A DNA stretch of 64,000 nt. It comes from Dehalococcoidia bacterium. Its GTDB lineage: Bacteria > Chloroflexota > Dehalococcoidia > Lucifugimonadales > JAGWBF01. The stretch covers positions 19,276-83,275 of the forward strand of contig JAGWBJ010000005.1 of NCBI GenBank assembly GCA_021295955.1, given 5' to 3'. The first letter of the stretch is position 1; every line of letters starts with the position of its first letter. Positions 9,397 through 17,114 of the stretch are shown in pieces. The translations under genes were made by a program, and so were the position numbers. Below the pieces are notes generated by a model. The model was given only the letters and a program-made list of their open reading frames with translations. It was not told the origin of the DNA and did no database searches.

Positions 9397-10809
9397 ATGA
9401 GAAGAACGAAGATAGTTTGCACCATAGGCCCGGCCTCCCGCTCCCCGGCGGTCCTGGAACGTCTCATAGAGGCCGGGATGGACGTTGCCCGGCTGAACTT
9501 CTCCCACGGGACCCATGCGGACCACCGCGATGTCGTCGAGGCTATCCGGCGCATCTCCACGGCCCATGGACGGCCCGTGGCCGTCCTCCAGGACCTGTCC
9601 GGTCCCAAGATCAGAATAGGGCCCATGGCCGAGGGAACAGTCGATATCGAGACCGGCTCCATGCTCACCCTGACCGCGCGACAGGTGCCCGGCGACGCCC
9701 GCGAGGTCTCGGTGAGCCACCCGGCCCTGCCCAGGGGCGTGTCCTCAGGCGACACGATTCTGCTGGCCGATGGGGCCCTGGAGCTGGAGGTGCTCGAGAC
9801 CACCGCCGAAGACATCAGATGCGACGTCCGGATCGGCGGGCCTCTTAGCTCCCACAAGGGCGTCAACATCCCCACCAGCTCCCTGGACGTCCCCTCCTTG
9901 ACGGACAAGGACATGACCGACCTGGCCTTCGGGATCCAGTGCGGCGTGGACTACATAGGCCTCTCCTTCGTAAGAACGGCGACGGACCTGCACGAGGCGA
10001 GAAGGATCGTAGAGGCGCACGGCCGCGCTGTCCCGCTGGTTGCCAAGATCGAGAAGCACGAAGCAGTGGCCAACATGGACGAGATCATCGACGCCGCAGA
10101 CGGGATAATGGTCGCCCGGGGCGACCTGGGGGTCGAGACTCCGCTGGAAAGGGGGCCCCTGGTCCAGAAGCGGCTGATCGAGAGGTCCAACCTGGCGGGA
10201 AAGCCGGTCATCACCGCCACCCAGATGCTGCGCTCCATGGTGGAAAACCCCCGTCCCACCCGCGCCGAGGTCACCGACGTCGCCAACGCCGTCCTGGACG
10301 GCACCGACGCGGTGATGCTGTCGGAGGAGACCGCCGTCGGGGCGTACCCTGTGGAGTCCGTCGCCATGATGGCCAGGATCGCTCAGGACGCAGAGTCAGC
10401 CCTGGCCTTCACGTCCCGGCCCTGGGACGCCGGTCCCCAGGTCGCGGCGTCGCTGGGCGAGTCGGTGGGCCGCGCCGCCTGCGATCTGGCCAGGCACATC
10501 GACGCGGCGGCCATCATAACGTTCACCCAGTCCGGCAGCACCCCGAAGCTGGTGGCCAAGCACCGTCCCCGCCAGCTCATCCTGGCCCCGACGCCCCTGG
10601 AGAGCAGCTACAGGCGGCTCTCCCTGGTCTGGGGGGTGGTGCCCATCCTTAGCGAGGCGGCCAAGGACACCGACGAGATGCTCAGGAAAGCCCTGGACGA
10701 GTCGCTGAAGTCGGGGCTGGTGCGGAAAGGCCAACGAGTGGTGATAACGTCGGGAGTGCCCATGGGGGTGCCAGGCTCGACCAACCTCATCGAGGTCCAC
10801 GTCCTATAG
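9397..10809 (+). CDS. pyk: pyruvate kinase
   Basis: Contains MRRTKIVCTIGPAS, ARLNFSHG, MVARGDLGVE and VMLSEETAVG. The ATG at 9397 gives a canonical N-terminus; the track start at 9352 overlaps the upstream gene. Confidence 0.95.
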   Translation: MRRTKIVCTIGPASRSPAVLERLIEAGMDVARLNFSHGTHADHRDVVEAIRRISTAHGRPVAVLQDLSGPKIRIGPMAEGTVDIETGSMLTLTARQVPGDAREVSVSHPALPRGVSSGDTILLADGALELEVLETTAEDIRCDVRIGGPLSSHKGVNIPTSSLDVPSLTDKDMTDLAFGIQCGVDYIGLSFVRTATDLHEARRIVEAHGRAVPLVAKIEKHEAVANMDEIIDAADGIMVARGDLGVETPLERGPLVQKRLIERSNLAGKPVITATQMLRSMVENPRPTRAEVTDVANAVLDGTDAVMLSEETAVGAYPVESVAMMARIAQDAESALAFTSRPWDAGPQVAASLGESVGRAACDLARHIDAAAIITFTQSGSTPKLVAKHRPRQLILAPTPLESSYRRLSLVWGVVPILSEAAKDTDEMLRKALDESLKSGLVRKGQRVVITSGVPMGVPGSTNLIEVHVL

Positions 10810-10942
10810 CACCGGAGGTGGGGGGCCTTGGCCCTTTCGTAGCCCGTTCGTAGCCCTTTCGTAGATGGGGGATGTCGGATAGAATGGGCCAGGGAACCCC
10901 CGGCCCCCTTTCCGCCCGGGCCCCTTTCGGGAGGACACGCAG

Positions 10943-11842
10943 ATGGCAATACGCACCCTTCTATACGCGCCCGGCAACGAGCCGAGGAAGGTGTCCAAGG
11001 TGGGCACCTGCGGAGCCGACGCGGCCATTCTGGACCTGGAGGACGCCGTCGCGGTCGACCAGAAGGTGGCGGCCAGGGACGCTGTCAGGCAGGCCATTCC
11101 CGCCGTCAGGGAAACGGGGACTCAGGTGTACGTCCGGATCAACCCCACCGCCGAGAAGACCGACTTCTCCCTGAACGTGGGCCTCGCCGACATCGAAGAA
11201 GTGCTCTGCGCCGAGCTCGGCGGCCTGGTGGTGCCCAAGGTGGAGTCGGCCGAGGAGATGGACGACGTCGAGCGGGTCCTGGCCGCCCGTGAGAGGGCGC
11301 TGGGGCTGGAGCCGGGCAGCGTGGAGGTCGTCCCCATAATAGAGACGGCCCTGGGACTGTGGCGGGCCTACGAGATCGCCCGCAGCAGCCCGCGCATCAA
11401 GTCCCTCCACTTTGGGGCGGGCGACTTCACCAGGGACGTGAGCATCGACTGGAGCAGGGACGAGGCGGAGCTGGCATACGCCCGCTCCCGCCTGGTGGTA
11501 ATCTCCCGCGCCGCCGGGATCGACCCCCCCACCGACTCGGTGTGGGTCCGCCTGGACGACGAGGATGGGTTCGTGGAGTCCGCCCAACGGGCCAGGCGCA
11601 TGGGGTTCCAGGGCAAGAGCTGCATCCACCCCAGGCAGGTGCCCCTGGCCAACCGGGTCTTCTCCTACGTGTCCCCGGAGGAGCTGGCCCAGGCGAGGAG
11701 AATCGTGGAGGCGTTCGCCCAGGCACAGGCCGGCGGGAGCGCGTCCATCCGGGTGGACGGCCAGTTCGTCGACTATCCACTGGTGGAGAACGCCAGACGC
11801 GTCATCGAGCTCCACGCCGGGGCCCAAGAGGGGGAGGGTTAG
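10943..11842 (+). CDS. HpcH/HpaI aldolase / citrate lyase beta (CitE)-like acyl-CoA lyase (malyl-CoA / citramalyl-CoA lyase type)
   Basis: 299 aa. RTLLYAPGNEPRKV...ADAAILDLEDAVA is the typical CitE-like N-terminus, and GFQGKSCIHPRQV is also present. Confidence 0.85.
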   Translation: MAIRTLLYAPGNEPRKVSKVGTCGADAAILDLEDAVAVDQKVAARDAVRQAIPAVRETGTQVYVRINPTAEKTDFSLNVGLADIEEVLCAELGGLVVPKVESAEEMDDVERVLAARERALGLEPGSVEVVPIIETALGLWRAYEIARSSPRIKSLHFGAGDFTRDVSIDWSRDEAELAYARSRLVVISRAAGIDPPTDSVWVRLDDEDGFVESAQRARRMGFQGKSCIHPRQVPLANRVFSYVSPEELAQARRIVEAFAQAQAGGSASIRVDGQFVDYPLVENARRVIELHAGAQEGEG

Positions 11843-11846
11843 ACAC

Positions 11847-13073
11847 ATGGTCTCGTCTGCCAGGGCTGACAATGTCGCTGACGGTGACGCCTTGAGCGGG
11901 ATTCGCGTGCTGGACCTGGCCACATTCATCGCCGCGCCCTTCTCGGCGACCATGATGGCAGAGTTCGGGGCCGACGTCATCAAGGTGGAGATGCCGGGGC
12001 GCGGCGACCCCTGCCGTCAACTGGGCGAAAAGTACAACGGCGTCGGGCTCATCTGGGCCCAGGAGAACCGGAACAAGCGGGGCATCACCTGCGACCTGAG
12101 ACAGGAGAAGGGACAGGAGATCATCAGGGAGCTGGTCATACGTTCCGACGTCCTGGTGGAGAACTTCAGGCCGGGCACCATGGAACGCTGGAACATGGGA
12201 TACGAGGTGCTCAAGGAGTTGAACCCGGGGCTGGTCATGGTCAGGGTGTCCGCCTACGGCCAGACGGGGCCGTACAGGGAGAAGGCCGGGTTCGGGCGGA
12301 TCGCCCAGGCCTTCGGGGGCCTGAGCTACCTGGCCGGTTATCCCGACCGCCCCCCCGTGAACCCGGGGTCGGCCACCATCGCCGACTATGCGGCGGGGCT
12401 CTTCGGCTCCTTCTCCATCATGGTTGCCCTGGAGCACCGGCGCCGGACGGGGGAGGGCCAGTGCATCGACATCTCCCTGTACGAGAGCATATTCCGGCTC
12501 CTGGACAACCTGGCCTCGGCCTACGACAAGCTCGGGTTCGTCCGTGAGCGGCAGGGCACCGCCACAGCCCACGCCGTGCCCCACAACCACTACCCCACCA
12601 GGGACGGGAAGTGGGTCGCAATCGCGTGCACCAGCGACCGGATCTTCCAACGGCTGACCAAGGCAATGAAACGGGACGACCTGGGCTCGGACCCCCGTTA
12701 CACCACCAGCGCGGGCCGGGTGGAGCACCGCGACGAGCTGGACGGCGTCGTATCGGCGTGGACCCAGACCTACGACATGACGGATCTGATACACCTCCTG
12801 GACTCGGAGGAGGTCCCCGTTGGTGCGATCAACAGCATAGCCGACATCTTCGGGGACCCCCAGTTCGCCGCCAGGGGGTCTATGGTCGAGGTCGACGACC
12901 CCATCGTGGGCAAGCTCAAGATGCCGGCCATCGTGCCAAGGATGAGCAGCGGCCTGGGCCGGGTGAAGCACCTTGCGCCTTCCCTGGGCCAGCACAACGA
13001 CGACATATACGCCGGTCTCCTGGGGTTTAGCCCCGAAAAGCTGGCCACCCTGAAAGGCGAAGGCGTCGTCTAG
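11847..13073 (+). CDS. family III CoA-transferase (CaiB/BaiF)
   Basis: From the ATG at 11847: ...LSGIRVLDLATFIAAPFSATMMAEFGADVIKVE..GRGDP; also ENFRPGTMERW. The upstream part of the track ORF (11565-11846) overlaps the CitE-like gene in another frame. Confidence 0.9.
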   Translation: MVSSARADNVADGDALSGIRVLDLATFIAAPFSATMMAEFGADVIKVEMPGRGDPCRQLGEKYNGVGLIWAQENRNKRGITCDLRQEKGQEIIRELVIRSDVLVENFRPGTMERWNMGYEVLKELNPGLVMVRVSAYGQTGPYREKAGFGRIAQAFGGLSYLAGYPDRPPVNPGSATIADYAAGLFGSFSIMVALEHRRRTGEGQCIDISLYESIFRLLDNLASAYDKLGFVRERQGTATAHAVPHNHYPTRDGKWVAIACTSDRIFQRLTKAMKRDDLGSDPRYTTSAGRVEHRDELDGVVSAWTQTYDMTDLIHLLDSEEVPVGAINSIADIFGDPQFAARGSMVEVDDPIVGKLKMPAIVPRMSSGLGRVKHLAPSLGQHNDDIYAGLLGFSPEKLATLKGEGVV

Positions 13074-13125
13074 GGGCCGATGCCGCCAGCCCACGCCCGG
13101 AGGTTAGGCCGGCCCGGAGGTTAGA

Positions 13126-13839
13126 ATGGAGACCCCTCTCGGAATCGAGTTCCACACCTTCTCCCTGGTCGGCCGGTGCGCCCGTACGGGAATGCTTGGC
13201 GTGGGCATCACCACCAGCGAGATCGCAGTCGGCTCCCGGTGCCCCTTCGTGCGGTCCAAGGTCGGGGCCGTCGCCACCCAGGCCATGACCAACCCCAGGC
13301 TCGGGACCGCGGCCCTGGATCTGCTGGCCGCGGGAGCGCAGGCGGTGGACGTGGTATCCAGGCTGGCGGAGGAGGACTCGCACATCGAGCGGCGGCAGAT
13401 CGGGGTCGTCGATGCCCTGGGCAGGTCCGCCGCCCGGACGGGGGCGCTGATCCACCCCTGGGCGGGCCACCTGACCGGCGACGGCTACGTCGCCATGGGC
13501 AACGGCCTGGTGGGAGAGGGCGTAGTCACCGCGATGGCCGAGGCCTTCCAGGGCTCTGCGGAAGAGGACCTGGAGGAGCGGCTAATGCGGGCGGTGGAGG
13601 CGGGTGAGGAGGCGGGAGGAGAGGCGGCGCCGTTCACCCCCTACCACTCGGCTGCCCTGGTCGTATTCGGCGACGACTCCTTCTCCCGGGTTGACCTGCG
13701 GGTCGACGACCACCCCGAGCCCCTGACGGAGCTCCGGCGGCTGCTGGAGCTTCTGAAGCCCAGGATCGATTACTACGCAATAAGGGCCAGGGACCCGGAC
13801 AGCGCCGTCAGGCCGGGACCGCCCCAGGACGCCAGGTGA
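13126..13839 (+). CDS. DUF1028 family protein (Ntn-hydrolase-like fold)
   Basis: TFSLVGRCARTGMLGVGITTSEIAVGSRCPFVRSKVGAVATQAMTNP matches the characteristic DUF1028 N-terminus. Confidence 0.8.
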   Translation: METPLGIEFHTFSLVGRCARTGMLGVGITTSEIAVGSRCPFVRSKVGAVATQAMTNPRLGTAALDLLAAGAQAVDVVSRLAEEDSHIERRQIGVVDALGRSAARTGALIHPWAGHLTGDGYVAMGNGLVGEGVVTAMAEAFQGSAEEDLEERLMRAVEAGEEAGGEAAPFTPYHSAALVVFGDDSFSRVDLRVDDHPEPLTELRRLLELLKPRIDYYAIRARDPDSAVRPGPPQDAR

Positions 13840-13901
13840 CGGGGCCGGAGAACACTGGGCCCGAAGGTCCAAGGCACGGAAAGCAAAAAGGAGGGACAAT
13901 C

Positions 13902-14804
13902 ATGGTCGAAGTCGGCTCGGGGCCATACAGGTACGACGTGATAGAGGGCTGGGGGGCGCTGCCCGAGGGGATCTCCTTCGGAGTCGTGACGGGAGTGGTC
14001 GTGGACTCCCAGGAGCGGGTCATCGTATGCCAGCAGCAGATGGAGCCCCCGGTGATCGTCTTCGACCGGGAGGGCAACTACCTCACATCCTGGGGCGCAG
14101 GTCTGCTTCCCGAGCCCCACACCCTGTTCATCGACTCCAATGACATCGTCTACGTTCCCGACAGAGCGGCCCACGTGGCGATGAAGTTCACCGTCGAGGG
14201 CGAGCCCCTGATGGAGCTGGGCAACCGGGGCCAAGCCTCGGACACGGGATGCGAGGAGCACGAAGGGCCGGTGCTGAGAGCCGGGGGTCCCTTCAACGTG
14301 CCGACGCGCATGTCCCCGTCTCCCTCGGGGGACATCTACGTCTCCGACGGCTACAGGAACTGCCGGGTCCACCGGTTCTCGCCCGACGGCCAGCTCATCT
14401 CGTCGTGGGGGAAACCGGGCGAGACCGCCCCGGGAGAGATCCGCTCCCCCCACTGCCTCTGGGTCATGCCCGATGGAAAGGTCTACGTCTGCGACCGGCT
14501 GAACAACCGGATACAGATCTTCTCGCAGACCGGGGAGTTCATCGACCAGTGGAAGGGCCTCGACTGGCCCACTGACCTGTTCGTGGACGCCAACGGGGAC
14601 TTCTTCGTGGCCGAGAGGCCCAACCACGAGGCCCAGACCAACTCGATGGTCGTGCGCGACGGCTCGGGGCGCGAGAAGGCCCGCTGGGACACGCCCCGGA
14701 ACCACCAGACGTGGCACGATTCCCACGGCAACATGTTCCTGGTCATGGGGCAGCTCGCCGAGCCCCGGGACAAGGCCATCTACAAGTACGTCAGGAAGAC
14801 GTAG
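13902..14804 (+). CDS. NHL-repeat six-bladed beta-propeller protein, peptidyl-alpha-hydroxyglycine lyase (PAL)-like
   Basis: ATG at 13902 follows AAGGAGGG. Repeated propeller blades are present. VSDGYRNCRVHRF and VCDRLNNRIQIF resemble PAL-type motifs. No signal peptide. Confidence 0.8.
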   Translation: MVEVGSGPYRYDVIEGWGALPEGISFGVVTGVVVDSQERVIVCQQQMEPPVIVFDREGNYLTSWGAGLLPEPHTLFIDSNDIVYVPDRAAHVAMKFTVEGEPLMELGNRGQASDTGCEEHEGPVLRAGGPFNVPTRMSPSPSGDIYVSDGYRNCRVHRFSPDGQLISSWGKPGETAPGEIRSPHCLWVMPDGKVYVCDRLNNRIQIFSQTGEFIDQWKGLDWPTDLFVDANGDFFVAERPNHEAQTNSMVVRDGSGREKARWDTPRNHQTWHDSHGNMFLVMGQLAEPRDKAIYKYVRKT

Positions 14805-14815
14805 ACCGGCGGGGC

Positions 14816-15670
14816 CTACAGTACGCCCAGCTCCTCCAGGAACCTGGTGACCTCGGCGGCGCACTCCTGGGACCGGGCGTAGCCCAGGTCGTAGCTGGGC
14901 CCCTCCAGGGTCACAGTCCGGACGTTGGGGGAGTTGACCAGGGCCTCCCGCTCGTCTTCGGGAAGCAGCGCGTCACGGGTCCCCTCCAGGTAGAGGGTGG
15001 GCACTCCGATGTCCTTCAGCTCGGGGACCATGTCGACCGGCCCCATCCCGCGGTAGAACTCGGCCGCCAGCAGCGGGTCGTTCTGGGCGATCTGGTCGAC
15101 GTACCAGTCGACGTAGCCGGCGGGGGCTTCGCGCATCCGGGGGCGCGCCCGGACCGACACCTGGGCCCATGCCCGCATTCCCCTGGCCAGCATCAGGTCG
15201 ATGCTCCCCTGACCCTGCACCGTCTCCCCAGGCTCGAGGTCTGCGGCGTTCCTGTCCAGCTGAGACCGGCCGGGCCTCAGGGGGATGCTCATTATCACCA
15301 GGGCGTGCAACGCCTGGGGGGCCCTGGTGGCCAGGCTCAGCCCCGTCAACGCTCCCGTGGCCTCACCGATCCAGACGACCTTTCCCGTCTTCAGGTGCTC
15401 GAACAGGGCAAGGGCGTCCAGCAGCCTGGACTCGATGGAGTTCTTGAAGGTCTCGACGGGCACCCTGGAGAGGCCCAGGCCCCGGAGGTCGACGCGGGCG
15501 ACCTTGAGCCGCCGGGAGAGAAGGGGCACCCACTCGTACCACAGGTTGGAGTTCCTGGGATGGCCATGGCAGAGCACCGCCGTGGGCGCGTCCACCCATG
15601 GGTCCGTGAAGTCGTCGTACCGGTAGTAGAGCTGGGCGCCGCCGGGACCTCGATAGCTCTCCACGCTCAT
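14816..15670 (-). CDS. alpha/beta-fold hydrolase family protein (atypical nucleophile elbow)
   Basis: 284 aa with LCHGHPRNSNLWYEWVPLL...DLRGLGLS, typical of the fold. The expected GxSxG position reads GEATG. Confidence 0.75.
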   Translation of the reverse strand: MSVESYRGPGGAQLYYRYDDFTDPWVDAPTAVLCHGHPRNSNLWYEWVPLLSRRLKVARVDLRGLGLSRVPVETFKNSIESRLLDALALFEHLKTGKVVWIGEATGALTGLSLATRAPQALHALVIMSIPLRPGRSQLDRNAADLEPGETVQGQGSIDLMLARGMRAWAQVSVRARPRMREAPAGYVDWYVDQIAQNDPLLAAEFYRGMGPVDMVPELKDIGVPTLYLEGTRDALLPEDEREALVNSPNVRTVTLEGPSYDLGYARSQECAAEVTRFLEELGVL

Positions 15671-15815
15671 GGCGCACCTCCCTTCGTTCGTCGCCCCATA
15701 CTCCCGTCGCGGGCGATACGGGGGTGCGAGAAGTGTAGCACTAGGTACGGATGGGGTTCAACTCATGTATTTGCCAATGCAACCATCCCGCGCCCCGTTC
15801 CATTTCCCCGGTTCT

Positions 15816-16035
15816 CCGGTATACAATTGCCGGGCCGCGGCTACGTGGAGCCCCGGTATACAATCGCCGGGCCGCGGCTACGTGGAGCCCCGGTATACAA
15901 TCGCCGGGCCGCGGCTACGCGGAGCCCCGGTATACGATTGCCGGGCCGCGGCTACGCGGAGCCCCGGTATACAATTGCCGGGCCGCGGCTACGCGGAGCC
16001 CCGGTATACAATCGCCCAGCCGCGGCTACGCGGAG
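15816..16035. repeat. tandem direct repeat, 37-bp unit x 5.9 copies (CCGGTATACAATYGCCGGGCCGCGGCTACGYGGAGCC)
   Basis: Unit starts at 15816, 15853, 15890, 15927, 15964 and 16001, with an exact 37-bp period and 0-3 substitutions per copy. It lies in the divergent intergenic region between 15670 (-) and 16050 (+). Confidence 0.97.
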
Positions 16036-16049
16036 AAGGAGGCAGCCCA

Positions 16050-16607
16050 ATGCCAGCGTCCCACCGGATCAAGATACAGCCCCTGACCGACGAGGCGTTT
16101 CGGCCCTTCGGCGAGGTCCTCAGCCGGAAGGAGTCTGAACCCTTCTTCCAGATGACCGACGGCAGGGTCCAGGGATGGAAAGCGGACTTCTCCTGCGAGG
16201 GTCCGACGGAGGTCGCCTATATGAAGGTGGACTTCCAGTCGTGGGTCGTGGAGGACATGGAGAGACACTTCCAGGTGACCCAGACTTTCATACCCCTGAA
16301 GGGGAAGCCGATGATCATGGTGGTTGCCCGGGCAACCGACCCCGACGACAGGGATGCCGTGCCGCCTCCCCAGGAGTACAGCGCCTTCTACATGGACGGC
16401 GCCCAGGGCGTGATGCTGGGGGTTGGGACGTGGCACGCCTCGGCCCGCCTGGCCCTCTACCCGCCCGACTGCGAGTTCGTCTACCTCTCCTCCAGCAACA
16501 CGACCCAGGACCTGAAGCGGGTCGCAGCGGAGGGAGGCGAGCCCAGGCTCAGCCAGGTGGTGAACTACCGGGAGCGGTTCGGCCAGGCCGTCGAGCCCGT
16601 GTGGTAG
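16050..16607 (+). CDS. ureidoglycolate lyase/hydrolase (AllA-like cupin) family protein
   Basis: ATG at 16050 follows GAAGGAGG. IKIQPLTDEAFRPFGEVL is the typical AllA-family N-terminus. The track ORF (from 15669) reads through the non-coding 37-bp array. Confidence 0.7.
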   Translation: MPASHRIKIQPLTDEAFRPFGEVLSRKESEPFFQMTDGRVQGWKADFSCEGPTEVAYMKVDFQSWVVEDMERHFQVTQTFIPLKGKPMIMVVARATDPDDRDAVPPPQEYSAFYMDGAQGVMLGVGTWHASARLALYPPDCEFVYLSSSNTTQDLKRVAAEGGEPRLSQVVNYRERFGQAVEPVW

Positions 16608-16619
16608 CGGGGCCCGGCG

Positions 16620-17114
16620 CTACTCGAATGCGGGCCTGGAACGGTCCGACAGGTTGACGACGGCGGCGCCCGTGGCCCGCACCACGTCCTCGGGGGCGAT
16701 CATGATCTCGTTGCCCCAGACCCCTGCGCCGACGCCCAGTACGTCCTCCTCCATCAGGATCGCGTCGATGAAGGTGCGGAAGCCCGGGGGCTGCCAGTGG
16801 AACGGTGGAATGGAGCCGATCTCATAGCCGGTGGTCTCCAGGACGGCCTCTGGGGCCGCCAGCCGGATGTTGCGGGAGCCTATGGCCCGTTTCAGATGGC
16901 CCGAGACGGCGTTGCTGCTTGCCCCCAGCATGACCAGCACGCGCTCTCCCGTGTCCGCCTCGAAGATCAGCGTCTTCACCATCTGGCCCTCCCGGCACCC
17001 CAGGGATCGTGCCACGGCGGCGGCGCCCTTCTCGGTGGTGGGTGGAAAAGAGAGCCTGGTGTAGGGGATGGACCGCTCGTCCAGGAATTTATGGGCCGGC
17101 AGGTCGGCGCTCAT
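16620..17114 (-). CDS. YbaK/EbsC-type aminoacyl-tRNA deacylase domain protein
   Basis: 164 aa from the ATG at 17114 (MSADLPAHKFLDERSIPYTRLSF...VKTLIFEAD...YEIGSIPPF). ATGA overlap with the upstream gene's stop. Confidence 0.8.
   Translation of the reverse strand: MSADLPAHKFLDERSIPYTRLSFPPTTEKGAAAVARSLGCREGQMVKTLIFEADTGERVLVMLGASSNAVSGHLKRAIGSRNIRLAAPEAVLETTGYEIGSIPPFHWQPPGFRTFIDAILMEEDVLGVGAGVWGNEIMIAPEDVVRATGAAVVNLSDRSRPAFE

Noticed and set aside
15816-16035. CRISPR array
   Set aside because: The repeats are directly abutting with no spacers, and no cas genes are in the window.
15669-16049. N-terminal 127 codons of the 312-aa track ORF, which would give a repeat-containing protein (PGIQSPGRGYVEPRYTIAGPRLRGAPVY...).
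   Set aside because: The 37-bp period is not a multiple of 3, so the peptide repeat comes from frame rotation through a DNA repeat. A strong RBS plus ATG at 16050 starts the recognisable AllA-like domain.
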